Source: Macrostomum lignano (Eukaryota). Taken from it: a stretch of DNA of 57,005 bases. Each line of letters starts with the position of its first letter. The first letter of the stretch is position 1. The stretch spans positions 1-57,005 of the forward strand of contig NIVC01000602.1 of NCBI GenBank assembly GCA_002269645.1. Direction: 5' to 3'. Below the pieces are notes generated by a model, which did not search any database, was not told the DNA's origin, and was given only the letters and a program-made list of their open reading frames with translations. This document shows, piece by piece, positions 1 through 11,793 of this stretch. The translations under genes were made by a program, and so were the position numbers.

Positions 1-73
1 ATATACAAGTTACAATGTACAGACTTATTATGCCCCACCTTTCGGATGATCACAATACACACAGGTGCGAGCT

Positions 74-498
74 ATGGATCGTGCGTCAATCCTAACACAA
101 ATTGAGCAGTTGAAGCGCTGCGAAGACGTTGACAAGTTGTCGAAACTTCGCGGGAGCCTGCTCCGATTTTGTATTCGCGCTCTTTTTGAAAAAATAGAGC
201 TAGAAGACACATCATTTACCGGCCGTAGCTCCGGGAGAACACGCGAGTGGCGGCGGACCGCACCAGAATTGACGTCATTATCCAGCATCTGGATAATAAC
301 GGTGTCAAAGTGTCTCGCGCCGAAATTCAGCGGGCCTACGCGGCATGCGTCGACGCCATTAACCAGGCAAAGAAGAGGGCGGGACACCCGTTAGAGAAAC
401 GTGAAGCGAAAGCGACCAAGCCTGCAAACAAGGCCGACAAAACGGCGGACGAGGCCGACAAAACGGCGGACAAGGCCGAAAAATCTGGTCCTGCCTGA
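74..498 (+). CDS. Small BEN-domain-like protein (~141 aa) interrupted by an apparent 1-nt deletion near 230-240
   Basis: ATG at 74, TGA at 496-498; span is 425 nt, 1 nt short of a multiple of 3. Frame 1 gives LLRFCIRALFEKIELEDTSFTGRSSG and frame 2 gives (EN)TRVAADRTRIDVIIQHLDNNGVKVSRAEIQRAYAACVDAINQAKKR. Joined, they resemble the BEN pattern L..LF...EL...S.TG......D..RI..I. Adding one G to the GGG run at ~232 fuses the frames. A low-complexity DKTA tail follows. Confidence 0.5.
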
Positions 499-874
499 TC
501 TGGGAGAGGGTGGAAGTCACTTAAAACTGTTTTATAACAATTTTATCTACTTTATCGTACTTCCATATCATATGCATATTATTCATATTAAACTTTAAAC
601 ATACTTCAGCATTTTTTCTAAAGTTTATACAAACGAATAATTTTTAACAAACTAAAAGGTAAACGCCAATATAATTTTTCAAACTAATGGTACTTTTGTA
701 AAAAATAATATAGTAATTAAGCTGTCAACTTTAATTATATTTTAAAACTTGCTACAACATTTAATTTTATAATTACAAACCGCAAAATCTTGAGTCAAAC
801 ACTGTTAGTTTCTTACTTTGGTGAATATATATTGAGACCAACATTGTTCCATTAATTCGAGCCATCATTGTCGG

Positions 875-1287
875 GTGAAAGTCGCGTAGCAGTTAGTCTG
901 ACTTGTGCAGATGAAAATCGGTGAAAATCGGATCTTCAATATCTGGTGAAAGTCGCGTAGCAGTTAGTCCGACTTGTGCAGATGAAAATCGGTGAAAATC
1001 GGATCTTCAATATCTGGTGAAAGTCGCGTAGCAGTTAGTCCGACTTGTGCAGATGAAAATCGGTGAAAATCGGATCTTCAATATCTGGTGAAAGTCGCGT
1101 AGCAGTTAGTCCGACTTGTGCAGATGAAAATCGGTGAAAATCGGATCTTCAATATCTGGTGAAAGTCGCGTAGCAGTTAGTCCGACTTGTGCAGATGAAA
1201 ATCGGTGAAAATCGGATCTTCAATATCTGGTGAAAGTCGCGTAGCAGTTAGTCCGACTTGTGCAGATGAAAATCGGTGAAAATCGGA
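875..1287. repeat. 71-bp tandem repeat, ~5.8 near-identical copies
   Basis: Unit gtgaaagtcgcgtagcagttagtccgacttgtgcagatgaaaatcggtgaaaatcggatcttcaatatctg starts at 875, 946, 1017 and so on. The sub-motif gaaaatcgg recurs degenerately out to ~1615. Confidence 0.95.
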
Positions 1288-1629
1288 GTGAATAACATCG
1301 TCATATTTATGCAGGTTTACACACCGCTGAAAGTCGGACTTATATCTGGTGAATGTCGGAGTAGTTGTTACGTTTTCTTAGAGAAATCGATGAGTCGTCG
1401 ATTTTGTCGGACCGACTTTTCTCTTTCGGTCCGACAAAAACCGGTGAGAATCGAACGAAGATGAATGTTAGTCCGAATTTCATCCGTTTTTTTATACTTT
1501 CATCTGCCTAAAATCGAGCCGACGACATTGACGTTCCAACAAGATGAAAATCGGATGAAAATCGGCTTGATTTTCCTCTTCTTTGAGTCAGTTAGTTTAC
1601 AGTTGAAAATCGGAGTTGGGTCCCAGCGG

Positions 1630-2080
1630 GGTGCCATGTGAGGCAGGAATGGAGAGGGTTGATGCCCCAGGGGCGTGAGGTGGGTGCCGTGTGGGGCAGG
1701 AATGAAGAGAGTTGATGCCCCAGGGGCGTGAGGTGGGTGCCATGTGGGGCAGGAATGGAGAGAGTTGATGCCCCAGGGGCGTGAGGTGGGTGCCATGTGG
1801 GGCAGGAATGGAGAGAGTTGATGCCCCAGGGGCGTGAGGTGGGTGCCGTGTGGGGCAGGAATGGAGAGAGTTGATGCCCCAGGGGCGTGAGGTGGGTGCC
1901 GTGTGGGGCAGGAATGGAAAGAGTTGATGCCCCAGGGGCGTGAGGTGGGTGCCGTGTGGGGCAGGAATGGAGAGGGTTGATGCCCCAGGGGCGTGAGGTG
2001 GGTGCCATGTGGGGCAGGAATGGAAAGAGTTGATGCCCCAGGGTCGTGAGAAGGGTGCCCGGGCAGGAACGGAGAGGGGC
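1630..2080. repeat. 53-bp G-rich minisatellite, ~8.5 copies
   Basis: Unit ggggcgtgaggtgggtgccatgtggggcaggaatggagagagttgatgcccca; period 53 (cag at 1668 and 1721). Confidence 0.95.
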
Positions 2081-2538
2081 ATTTTACATATCTAGTCTAA
2101 AAGTCATGCACAATTTTCAAAGCTCCGGCTTTTACATTCCTTGCATTTAATACTGATTTTGCGTCTTTTAATCGTTAGGATTTGTCGACCATTTTATTTT
2201 TTAGGGATTAACAAAAATACGTTTGAGGATTTTCTGTTCACCGTAGCCAATGCTTGCGGATCAGTGGGGGAACTCGCATTGGCAGGATATCGCAGTGCCA
2301 GATCAGCTGAGGGGCTGCCCCGAACTCGCGTAGGAGCTGCGAGTGTAGGAAACGATTCCCAAACGAGAAATCTAATTTTCCAATGCGTTGGATGCGCACA
2401 CTGCCCTTGGGCTGTCCGCCCCTCTGTGCCCCCTGCTCCTCACTTTTCCATTCCTTCTCTCCCTGCATCTGCTTTGGTAGCGTCTATTTTTAAATTTGTT
2501 GGCTGCAAACCCATACCTTTGGTTTCACCCCTGGGGGT

Positions 2539-2850
2539 AGATTAGCAATCCATTCTATTCCTTCATCGGTGATGTTGGCTAGATTAGCGATCCATTCTAT
2601 TCCTTCATCGGTGATGTTGGCTAGATTAGCGATCCATTCTGTTCCTTTATCTGTGATGCTGGCTTCATTAGCAATCCATTCTATTCCTTCATCAGTGACG
2701 TTGACTAGATTAGCAATCTCCATTCTATTCCTTCATCAGTGATGTTTGGCTAGATTAGCAATCCATTCTGTTCCTTCATCAGTGATGCTGGCTAGATTAG
2801 CAATCCATTCTATCCTTCATCAGTGATGCTGGCTAGATTAGCAATCCAAT
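2539..2850. repeat. 42-bp minisatellite, ~7.5 copies
   Basis: Unit gattagcaatccattctattccttcatcggtgatgttggcta, with substitutions and small indels. Confidence 0.9.
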
Positions 2851-3796
2851 CCAGTCAACACAGCTTGTCGTTCATTCACCAGCGACACATCAAAGAAGCA
2901 AGCGAGAGCGCTGCAGCTTAAAATAGCCATGAGCATAAGTTGTGCTTTTATTGAAAAGCGGAATTTTGCACTCTTGGACTCGTGTTGACGAGTGAAGACG
3001 GTACCGTAATGCTTTCAAACCGCTTCGTACTGTACGGCTTAGCGAATGTGTGGCATTCAACGATTAGCTAAAGTGATTTATTACTCTACCAGTATGGAGG
3101 GCTGCGCAGATAGAAAACAATTCGCAGTGGTAAGCAGAAGTCAGTTCTAACAGTGATGGGGCGTCTGTAAGAGCGCTGGCGTGCGAACACGTACAGGAGT
3201 GATGTGCAGCTTTCTGCAGCTGTTTTATGATCCCTTGACTAGACTAGAATCTCCCTAATCCTCGGGCCGCGACTTGCGAGCTCGTATGGGGGGGGGGGGG
3301 GGGGCTGGCGGGCGCATTAGCGGGATAATTGGGTATTGGGGGAGAGAGTTCCGAAGCCCCAGTCCGGCCGGGGGTCGAGATTTCGGGCGAGGACGGAAGC
3401 GAGCGAGCTGCGTGCTGCTCCGAGAGCTCGGGAGGCTCCCTGCGCCATTAGGCGGCAGTGCGCTGCTCTGCTCTGCTCCCAGAACTGAGCCTGGGAAACA
3501 AGCTGGAGTGAGTTGAGAGAGAGGGGGGGGGGCAGAAGCGGGGAGCAGGAGAACCTTCCTGAGCTCTGCGTCGCCCAGCCCGTCCCAAATAATATTACAC
3601 CACAGGGCTACGGAGAGGCTGAACTGTGTAGCTGATGACTTACAAGGGGGACAAGGCAGGGGGGGCTAGGTAATTCTACCCTGATTAATAATAACAAATT
3701 TCTAAGACTTCGCTTTGGATTATATTGCCGGAGAACTCAAAACATTCAGCAGTCGTTAAAGTGGCTTAGATATAGAAACTTGTTTCAACAGTCGTT

Positions 3797-6700
3797 TCAC
3801 GCTGGTCGGTGATGATACAGTGGCTGCGGCTGCTGCTTTTGTGGCGGCTGCTGCTGTTGCTGCTGCTGGAGCTGCTGGAGGTGGTGATGATGCGGGCCGC
3901 CTAGAGTCGTTGCCGCTCGAGCAGCCTGGTGTCGCTGCTCTTGATGCCTGTGCTGGTGCTGTTGCTGTGGCTGCAGCCCAGTGAACCGCTGCAGGCAGAC
4001 CGCCATGTCGGAGGGCAGCACGGGGAACTTGTCAGGCGGGTTGGTGATGACGTAGCGCTTCTTGAGAGCCTGCCGGGCATCTTCGGGCGGCGTGATGAAC
4101 CTGTAGAGCCCGATGCACAGGATGCCGTGCTTGTGCAGCGCCCCGAGGAACAGCTCCGAGTAGGCGGCGCCGCCGAACTCCCTCAGCCGCTCGTCCTCGA
4201 TGGGGATCTGCGCCACGCGGGCCCGGTCCCGGTTGGCGAGACACTCCGGCGTGCCGAAGCCGCCGCGGATGCCGGCGCCCTCGGCCAGGATCTGCTCCAG
4301 CTCCGGGGTCGCCCCGCCCGTGATGAGGGTCCGGATGAGTGTCAGCGCGTTCTCGTTGAAGTAGGCGGTGCTCATGAGCGAGTCGAGCACGCTGACAGCA
4401 AAGGCTGTGCCGCAGGCGAACGGCTGCGTCATGTACAGTTCGATGTCAGGGTCGTCATCGTCGTCCTGGTCGAGGAACTGCACGTTGTCGTCCACGGCCA
4501 GCTCGGTGAGGATGCGCACGGACAGCGCGTCGAAGCCGGCGACTGCGCCGGACGAGGACGTGGCGACGGGCGGTTCCGGACCGCCAACCGCGTGGTTGGC
4601 GTCGAACTTCATCGCCTTGATGTTCAGCGAGCACAGGATGGCCTCCTTGTCCACCAGGGTCGGGTCGTCCATGTTTGAGTTCTGCTTCGAGCTGAGCACG
4701 ATGCAGATCTCGGCCAGGTTGATGTTCACCGCCCTCAGGTTGGATCGGTTGAGCGGCGAGCCCGGGAAGATGCTGAGCTTCGGGAAGTTCATCAGCGTCT
4801 TCCACTCCCGCCGCATGTAGTCCAGGTTGCCCACGAAGATGATGTGCTTGAGCTCGTGGAAGTGGAAGTTGCTCGCCCGCAGCGGCATGACGAAGTTGCG
4901 CAGGCCGATCAGCGGGCTGGACGCGTCAGCAAACAAGCAGACCACGATGTGGTTGGTGTACACCGTGGTGGACACCTGTTCGCGGTCCAGAATTCCGTCG
5001 TCGAAGTTGACATCCGGGCACCAGTGGAACATGCCGGTCGAGTCGAATTTCCTTTCCAGCTTCTGCTGCTCGTGCAGCTTCTGCAGCGAGGCGATGCTGC
5101 CGCTGGCACCAGCTGGGACGGCGCCTTGATTGGGTGTCAGCGAGTTCTGCTGCGGCTGCGGCTGCGGCTGCGGCTGCTTGCTCTTTGTGCTCTGCTGCTG
5201 CTGCTGCTTCGGTGGCAGCTTGTTGGAGGCCTTGCAGCGGCACTTCTTGATCATCCTGGGTTCGTCCACGTCGCTGTGGCAGCGCTTACAGTAGAAGAAC
5301 GCCTTCTTGACCTCCTCAGCTGACTGCGCGATGAAGAAGCCCTGCGTGCCCTGCTCGATGCGGATGTTCTCCTTGGGGTTGATGGCGATGCAGCTCTCTG
5401 TGCCCTGGTCGTTCTTGGCCTCGACGGCGATCAGCAGCAGCCGCAGCTTGGTGAAGCACAGCTCAGCGGCCATCGGGAAGGTCAGCCCGTCGAACGCCGG
5501 CGACAGGTACTCGGTGTACATCTCCATGCCGGCGCCCTCCAGGTAGTTGTTGAGCCACTTCGGCATGGCCTTGTCGTCCTTGTAGCTGCGCATGGTGAAT
5601 AGGTTGGCCAGCAGGGTGGAGAAGCCGAACGCCAGGCAGCTCTGCGCCAGGAAGCCCAGCTTCAACTCGGCGACGCAGACGGCATCGTCGCCCTGCTTCC
5701 AGTCCCAGCTGGGGATGTTCAGCAGGTAGGTCTTGTTGTGGTACTGCATCAGCTGGATGATCACCTTGATCCGGTCGCAGAAGTTCTTGATCGAGATCAC
5801 GCGCATGATGTTTGCCGCGTCCTCAGCATCCGGGTCGGGGCAGTACTTGTTGGCCAGCACCAGGCAGGCGTCCGCCGTCTCCAGGCCCACGCGGCACAGG
5901 TCCTTGGAGTTCATCACGGAGCCCTGGAAGAACTCCACCTGGGTGAAGTGGCGCTTGAACAGGCCCTGCAGCTCCAGGTCGGGCACGTGCTTGTCCAGAA
6001 TCACAATCTGGACGTCAACGTCTTCGCGGTCCTCGTGCAGGAAGTCGCCGAGGAAGTTGGCCACGGACTCGTAGGTGATGTGGCCGCACAGCACAATGTG
6101 CTGCTTGCCGGCCTCCTTGCGGAAGTAGCCGCCGTACTTGTTGCGCGAGCTGAGGATGTCGGCAATCTCCGGGATGGAGTTAGCGAACACGGCCAGGCCG
6201 CCCATGATCACCAGGGCGGACAAGATGCGGCCCGTGGTGGTGGTGCAGTAGACGTCGCCGTATCCCACCGTCGACATGGTGACGATGACGAAGTAAATGC
6301 AGGTCGGGTAGGACATGTTGAAGCTGCGGTTTCGGTTGTCAAAGTAGGGCGGGTCGCCCGAGTTCTCAATCAGGTGCACGAAGCCGGCCGCGGTGAGCAC
6401 CAGCGAGGCGAAGAAGGTGATGAGCTGGAACAGCCGGATGCTCGTGCTGGTCTTGAGCACGTTCAGGTACTGCAGCACGTCTGGCAGGCTGAGGATGCGC
6501 AGAGCGCGGGTGGAGCGCAGCCCGATCCAGGTGCGGTTCAGGTAGATGGCCACGAAGGACGGTGGTATGGTGAGGATGTCCACCAGCGAGAACATCTCGA
6601 ACCAGAACCACAGCTTGTCCTGCGCAGCGATGAACCGGATGAAGAAGTAGATCAGGAAGATGACGTTGAACGCCAGGTCCACCTGCTGCGACAGGCTGTC

Positions 6701-7294
6701 CACCCAGCGGACGCACTCCTCGGTCTCCGACATCCGGCCGGTGTCGATGATGTAGACCACCAGGGAGGCGATGCTCACCACGAAGACCAGCACCACCAGG
6801 ATGCGGCCCGTGGTGGTCTGGCCGGAGATCAGCTCGCCCGCCCAGTCCTTCGCCTCCGTCAGCCAGCCGATCTCCACAGCCTCCGAGGCTGCCGCGACCG
6901 CCGCCTCCGCCGCAGCTTCCCCGTCCGCGTCTTCGTCGTCGTCCTTGGCCAGGCCGCCGCCTGCGGGCGCGCCCGACTTGCCTGCCTCCTCCCCGGCGGC
7001 CTCGTCCTCGTCTTCGTCGGCGGCGTCCTTGGTGGGCCCGGCGAGGCGGTCGGCCAGACATCCCAGCAGGCGGTAGAGCATCACGAACGTGACGCCTCCG
7101 AACAGCACAATGCCGCTGCTGGCCAGGAAGATGTACCACTTGCGCTGGCTGACGCAGTCGCGACCATTCGGCAGGTCGGCCGCCGCCGCAGCAGCTGCCG
7201 AGTCGTTGGCCAACGGCGTCACTTCGGCTGCGGCTGACGACTCCAGCGCGCTGGCGCCGGTGACCGTCGCGACGACGGTGACTGCGACGGCCAA
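3797..7294 (-). CDS. slo: Calcium-activated BK potassium channel alpha subunit (Slowpoke/KCNMA1/SLO-1), single coding exon; true start unresolved
   Basis: 1165-codon open frame with S0 ([10 protein letters not shown]), [18 protein letters not shown]4 GLRSTRALR, pore [12 protein letters not shown]1 (HIVLCGHIT; DFLHEDRED; [12 protein letters not shown]), heme-type motif CKRCH, RCK2 HIVVCLF, Ca-bowl [12 protein letters not shown] and [10 protein letters not shown], and a C-terminal YVITNPP. The ORF-track start is TTG; the first in-frame ATG is at 7081, at the end of S0; there is an in-frame stop at 7364-7366. Confidence 0.97.
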   Translation of the reverse strand: MAVAVTVVATVTGASALESSAAAEVTPLANDSAAAAAAADLPNGRDCVSQRKWYIFLASSGIVLFGGVTFVMLYRLLGCLADRLAGPTKDAADEDEDEAAGEEAGKSGAPAGGGLAKDDDEDADGEAAAEAAVAAASEAVEIGWLTEAKDWAGELISGQTTTGRILVVLVFVVSIASLVVYIIDTGRMSETEECVRWVDSLSQQVDLAFNVIFLIYFFIRFIAAQDKLWFWFEMFSLVDILTIPPSFVAIYLNRTWIGLRSTRALRILSLPDVLQYLNVLKTSTSIRLFQLITFFASLVLTAAGFVHLIENSGDPPYFDNRNRSFNMSYPTCIYFVIVTMSTVGYGDVYCTTTTGRILSALVIMGGLAVFANSIPEIADILSSRNKYGGYFRKEAGKQHIVLCGHITYESVANFLGDFLHEDREDVDVQIVILDKHVPDLELQGLFKRHFTQVEFFQGSVMNSKDLCRVGLETADACLVLANKYCPDPDAEDAANIMRVISIKNFCDRIKVIIQLMQYHNKTYLLNIPSWDWKQGDDAVCVAELKLGFLAQSCLAFGFSTLLANLFTMRSYKDDKAMPKWLNNYLEGAGMEMYTEYLSPAFDGLTFPMAAELCFTKLRLLLIAVEAKNDQGTESCIAINPKENIRIEQGTQGFFIAQSAEEVKKAFFYCKRCHSDVDEPRMIKKCRCKASNKLPPKQQQQQSTKSKQPQPQPQPQQNSLTPNQGAVPAGASGSIASLQKLHEQQKLERKFDSTGMFHWCPDVNFDDGILDREQVSTTVYTNHIVVCLFADASSPLIGLRNFVMPLRASNFHFHELKHIIFVGNLDYMRREWKTLMNFPKLSIFPGSPLNRSNLRAVNINLAEICIVLSSKQNSNMDDPTLVDKEAILCSLNIKAMKFDANHAVGGPEPPVATSSSGAVAGFDALSVRILTELAVDDNVQFLDQDDDDDPDIELYMTQPFACGTAFAVSVLDSLMSTAYFNENALTLIRTLITGGATPELEQILAEGAGIRGGFGTPECLANRDRARVAQIPIEDERLREFGGAAYSELFLGALHKHGILCIGLYRFITPPEDARQALKKRYVITNPPDKFPVLPSDMAVCLQRFTGLQPQQQHQHRHQEQRHQAARAATTLGGPHHHHLQQLQQQQQQQPPQKQQPQPLYHHRPA

Positions 7295-7764
7295 AGCGGC
7301 CGCTGAAAGCTGGTGGCGCGGCAGTTTCTCGGTGCCCAGCTCGCTTACAAGCTCGGTGGCGTGTCAGCTCAGGTCACGGATCTGGCGAGCTGCGAACCAG
7401 CTGTAACGGCGCGCTCCGTCCCGGGGCTCTCGGCCCGAGCTGAGCCGCTCGCTATATTGGCTGGCAGGCACGGGTGCGAGCGGCCCGCCCCCACCCGGCA
7501 ATGCGACTCGCCCCGTTCCATCCCAGCCCCCGCTTTCCTTGCTCTCCCCCTCCCCACATTTCTGTGTGGCCCGGCCTCCCCCTAGCCATGGAGGCCTTCA
7601 GCCAGAACCTGGGGTGCCCCAGCTCTCCCCAGAATCTTATTCTTCTTATTCTTAGCTTCTTAGCTCACGTGAAACTGCTCAGAGCTCCATGACTGCTCAG
7701 GCACCGACTGCCCTTCTGGCATTGACATCAGAGGCGCAACCAGGAGGGGCAAGGAGGCCCCTCT

Positions 7765-8180
7765 TTGGGTCTTGACCCCCTGAGTCCGCCCTCATTTGGG
7801 TCTTGACCCTCGGAATCCGCCCTCATTTGGGTCTTGACCCCGGAATCCGTCCCCTTTGGGTCTTGACCCCTGAATCCGCCCTCATTTGGGTCTTGACCCC
7901 CTGAATCCGCCCTCATTTGGGTATTGACCCCCTGAATCCACCTCCCTTTGGGTATTGACCCCCTGAATCCGCCCTCATTTGGGTATTGACCCCCTGAATC
8001 CACCTCCCTTTGGGTATTGACCCCCTGAATCCACCTCCCTTTGGGTATTGACCCCCTGAATCCACCTCCTTTTGGGTATTGACCCCCTGAATCCACCTCC
8101 CTTTGGGTATTGACCCCCTGAATCCGCCTCCCTTTGGGTCTTGACCCCCGAGTCCGCTCCCCGTTAGGTATTGACCCCCT
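7765..8180. repeat. ~31-bp minisatellite, ~13 copies
   Basis: Unit tttgggtattgaccccctgaatccacctccc and variants. Confidence 0.9.
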
Positions 8181-9129
8181 CAATCAAGAGAGGGTCTTGA
8201 TCGTGTTTCCTCAAAAAATCTTGTTGGAAATTGAAACTAAATGGCTTGTCGCCCCAACGAAGACAAAAATCGATGAAAACCTGCTGGCTCAACGAAATGG
8301 AAGTCAGGATGAACAATTGGCTGCCACGGCTCCATCACGTCTGCGCGAGAGTTGGTGCTGCTCCAGATCCCAGCTCAAGCGCTCCTTGCTCCGGGCCTCC
8401 CTGTTCGCAGAGCCAGAAACTCGACCTTCCCATTTCTGCCCCCCCTGCTGTCGCTGCACTTTTGCCGCTGCGCCCCCTCTCTCTCCGTCCCCCGCCTCGC
8501 TCTTTCATCTCAATCTCGAGCTTTGCTATGCTCTGCTTTTTTGTCCATCCATTTCTTCATGGTTGTGTCTCCCCTGCAGCCCGAGCCGCTGTCGCCAGGG
8601 AGGTCTCCAGGCTGTCCGCTGCTGTCCAGGAGGGAAACCCAGCTACAGAGGGGGCTGGCCGGCAAGATGTTGGGAGAAAAAAAGAGGGAATGCCAGGCCA
8701 GTTGCCGGGCTTGTTGGATACACAGCGGCGGGGGGGCAGAGATAGCTGGCCGACTCAGCCGGCTCCAAGTGGGTGCCAGCGCCTCATCCCTTCCCTGCCT
8801 GCCCGCCTTCCCCGCTCCAAATATCGAACCCGCTAGCCTGGGCTGGCCCAGAATGCCCCCAGCCTCGGGGGGCGCACTGCGATGCTCCAAGGTCTCCCCT
8901 CTCCTCTCCTTGCAGCCTTCTGTCCTCCCTCTCTTTTCTGTCTATCAAAAGAAGATTTATCTTTCCCCAATCCGCCCGTCTCTTCCCCTCTCCAGCGGCT
9001 GGGACTCAGCAGCGGGGGGCTGTCCAAGTCGATACTTCAATGCGGGCCTGCCAGGAGCTCTTTGGGGGCGCTTTGGGGAGCTCTCGCTACAGATGCTCAG
9101 CGCTGCGGGTCATGACTGCAGCTAAGGAC

Positions 9130-9224
9130 CTGCCTGTCTGTCTGCTGACTGTCTGCCTGCCTGCCTGCCTGCCGGCCTGCCTGTCTGCCTGCCTGTCTGC
9201 CTGCCTGTCTGTCTGTCTGTCTGC

Positions 9225-9256
<32 letters not shown>

Positions 9257-9304
9257 CTGCCTGCCTGTCTGTCTGTCTGTCTGTCTGTCTGTCTGCCTGT
9301 CTGT
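9130..9304. repeat. (CTGT/CTGC)n microsatellite
   Basis: Direct reading of tetranucleotide units. Confidence 0.95.
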
Positions 9305-10280
9305 GAACCCATGCATCCTTAAACCAATCTGAAACCCACCCCGAATCCCATCCCGAACCCATCGCCAATGTTAGCACAGAACCCCAACCCCAAGCCCGCC
9401 AGCTCAGGCCGCATCACCCACACAAGCGGCCGATGCAGTCGCCATAAAAAATTCTCTCTCCGCACAGCCCAGAGGAGCAGCCCGCTCGCCGCATCAATAT
9501 TCCCCTTGCAATTCCCAACTGTCCGGCTCTCAAAAGCCCCAGTTGAAAATCGGGCAGCAAGTTGCCTGACTGGACACGGAACGAAGGCAGGCTGCACACA
9601 ACTTGCATGCGTTAGCAGCCCTGGAGTCCCATTCTATCCTTTCCCCTACATTTCAGATCCTTATAAAAGAGCCATGGCAGCTCGGGAGATCCCAAATCCC
9701 AATTCCCTGTGATGCGGAAGAGCTCGAAGCACTTTTCTTTCAATAGGGATCTCTTATTTCGGCCTTGAAGGGGATAAGCGGTGGGCGCAGAGACCGGCCA
9801 GCACGGAATAAGCAGTGCGCCGGGACTGAGACGGGTTGGGTCAACAAACCGCCGGGACTGCACTTTGCTGGCGGGCAGCTCGGGCTCAACAATTGGAAAT
9901 CCGATGCCCTCATGCCGCTCCCCCTACCGGCTGCCACTGGCCTCTTTATCTAAATTCCCAACTGTGCTCAGCATCCAGCAGCCCCCCCTCTCTCTCTCTC
10001 CATAGTGCTCAGATAAACAGCGGCACCGAGCTTTGAGTTTCATTCTCATCCCCTGCACCACCCGCCGGAGCTCATACCGAATTCAAAACCAGCCTTTCGC
10101 ACGCTTCCCTGCTCGCTCTCCTTGCGAGTTTCCTGCCTAATCAGGCAGCCCTTTGATTGCTCGGCCCGCCGGCTCTTCAGAATGCAGGCCGAGCCTCTGA
10201 TTCCCGCTGCACTGCGGCACCGAGGCTGCGAGCGTGACTGGCAAACTGCTTGAGGCATCGCCTGCTCACTCCTGTGCTCG

Positions 10281-10299
10281 GACAGGCAGACAGACAGGC

Positions 10300-10330
<31 letters not shown>

Positions 10331-10381
10331 CAGAGACAGACAGACAGGCAGACAGACAGACAGACAGGCAGACAGAAAGGC

Positions 10382-10414
<33 letters not shown>

Positions 10415-10445
10415 CAGAGACAGACAGACAGGCAGACAGACAGGC

Positions 10446-10484
<39 letters not shown>

Positions 10485-10543
10485 CAGAGACAGACAGACA
10501 GACAGGCAGACAGACAGACAGACAGACAGGCAGACAGAAAGGC

Positions 10544-10580
<37 letters not shown>

Positions 10581-10623
10581 GGCAGACAGACAGACAGACA
10601 GGCAGACAGACAGACAGAAAGGC

Positions 10624-10656
<33 letters not shown>

Positions 10657-10687
10657 GGCAGACAGACAGACAGGCAGACAGACAGGC

Positions 10688-10720
<33 letters not shown>

Positions 10721-10739
10721 GGCAGACAGACAGGCAGAC

Positions 10740-10818
<79 letters not shown>

Positions 10819-10820
10819 GA
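10281..10820. repeat. (GACA)n microsatellite with GGCA/GACACA variants
   Basis: About 540 bp of GACA units. It produces the spurious LSVC/QTDR ORFs. Confidence 0.97.
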
Positions 10821-11404
10821 GCAGAACAAGTTTCCGAAGAAAATTCATGGTCAGTTTCCGATGCGCACGCAAATATAGACAGCAATGTCCGCACGGCACG
10901 CTGATCAGTAGTACAATTAGTATATTTATCAATAAATAATACGCACAGATCGAAGCGATTCTCTGATATAGGGGAATGTATCAACAAGCTGCATTTACAG
11001 GTGTGCAATACAAAGGGGCACAATATGTACACTGTAAATAGGCGATATAAAAGTGCCGTCGTATCAAAATGTTCCGTTCGGTAACTGAGGGGCAACTTGA
11101 AATTGTCCCCTGGCAGGCGGTTTTGGTAAAACAATAAACAATAGATTATACATTGGAATGCTGAGCTTAGCGCAGGTAAAATCAATTTTGCAATAAAATT
11201 AACAATTGTACTGTAAATTCATGAATCGTGGCACTCCTAATTAGAGTTAGCAGTTCATGCACATGAACGCGGTTGAATAAGCTAATTGCATTGCCAATTA
11301 AACGGCTAAGTATTGTATAAAAGACAGATATTTATGAAAAAAAAGCGATTGACGGCAAGTTCATCGCCATCATGGATATGTTTTTGTCTCAATTTCCGAC
11401 TTCT

Positions 11405-11760
11405 AAAAATAGCCTGGAAAATCCTGAAGGTAATTCTTGGGACTTTTCGGTGGATAACTAAATAATAGAATTCTGCTGAGCCGTAAGGATATTTAGGTGA
11501 ATCCCATTAAAAATTGACCCGTGAGGGAATCTGCGGGGTTTCTTGGTAGATTATAAAAATAACCTGGAGAATCCGGAAGGTAATTCTCACAGGTTTAAGA
11601 ATACTTTCCAGGGAAAGGAAATAATACAAAATTCTGTGGAGCCGTCAAAAAATTAAGGGGAATCCCATTACGAACTGTCCCCTACTTAGGAATCTCCGGG
11701 GTTTCCTTGATGTATTCCAAAAATAACCTGGCAAAAGCTGGGGGAATTCCCGAAAATTAT
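11405..11760. repeat. Diverged ~150-163 bp tandem duplication (~2.3 copies) in the 3' flank of the NCAM-like gene
   Basis: aaaata(g/a)cctgg...gg(t/g)aattc recurs at ~11406, ~11556 and ~11720, with shared internal blocks (aattctg..gagccgt, gaatcccatta, gaatct.cggggtttc). Confidence 0.6.
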
Positions 11761-11793
11761 CCCACTGTAAACTGGTCGGACAAAGTCGCAGCA

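Noticed and set aside
2490-2850. ITDEGIEWIANL repeats resembling a leucine-rich-repeat protein
   Set aside because: The period is 14 aa rather than 24-26, and 1-2 nt indels at ~2718, ~2745 and ~2812 break the frame. It is a non-coding 42-bp minisatellite.
3929-7237. Long plus-strand ORFs (249 aa, 499 aa) and alternative-frame ORFs over slo
   Set aside because: Antisense and shifted-frame shadows produced by the extreme GC3 bias of the slo coding sequence; no recognisable motifs.
8134-9125. 200-257-aa ORFs upstream of slo as a separate gene or the missing slo exon
   Set aside because: They are on the opposite strand, are low-complexity, are open in several frames because of GC richness, and show no domain or splice pattern I can support.
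10046-11185. Multiple LSVC/QTDR ORFs, also at 9087-9377, 13533-13998 and 50991-51355
   Set aside because: (GACA)n microsatellite translations.
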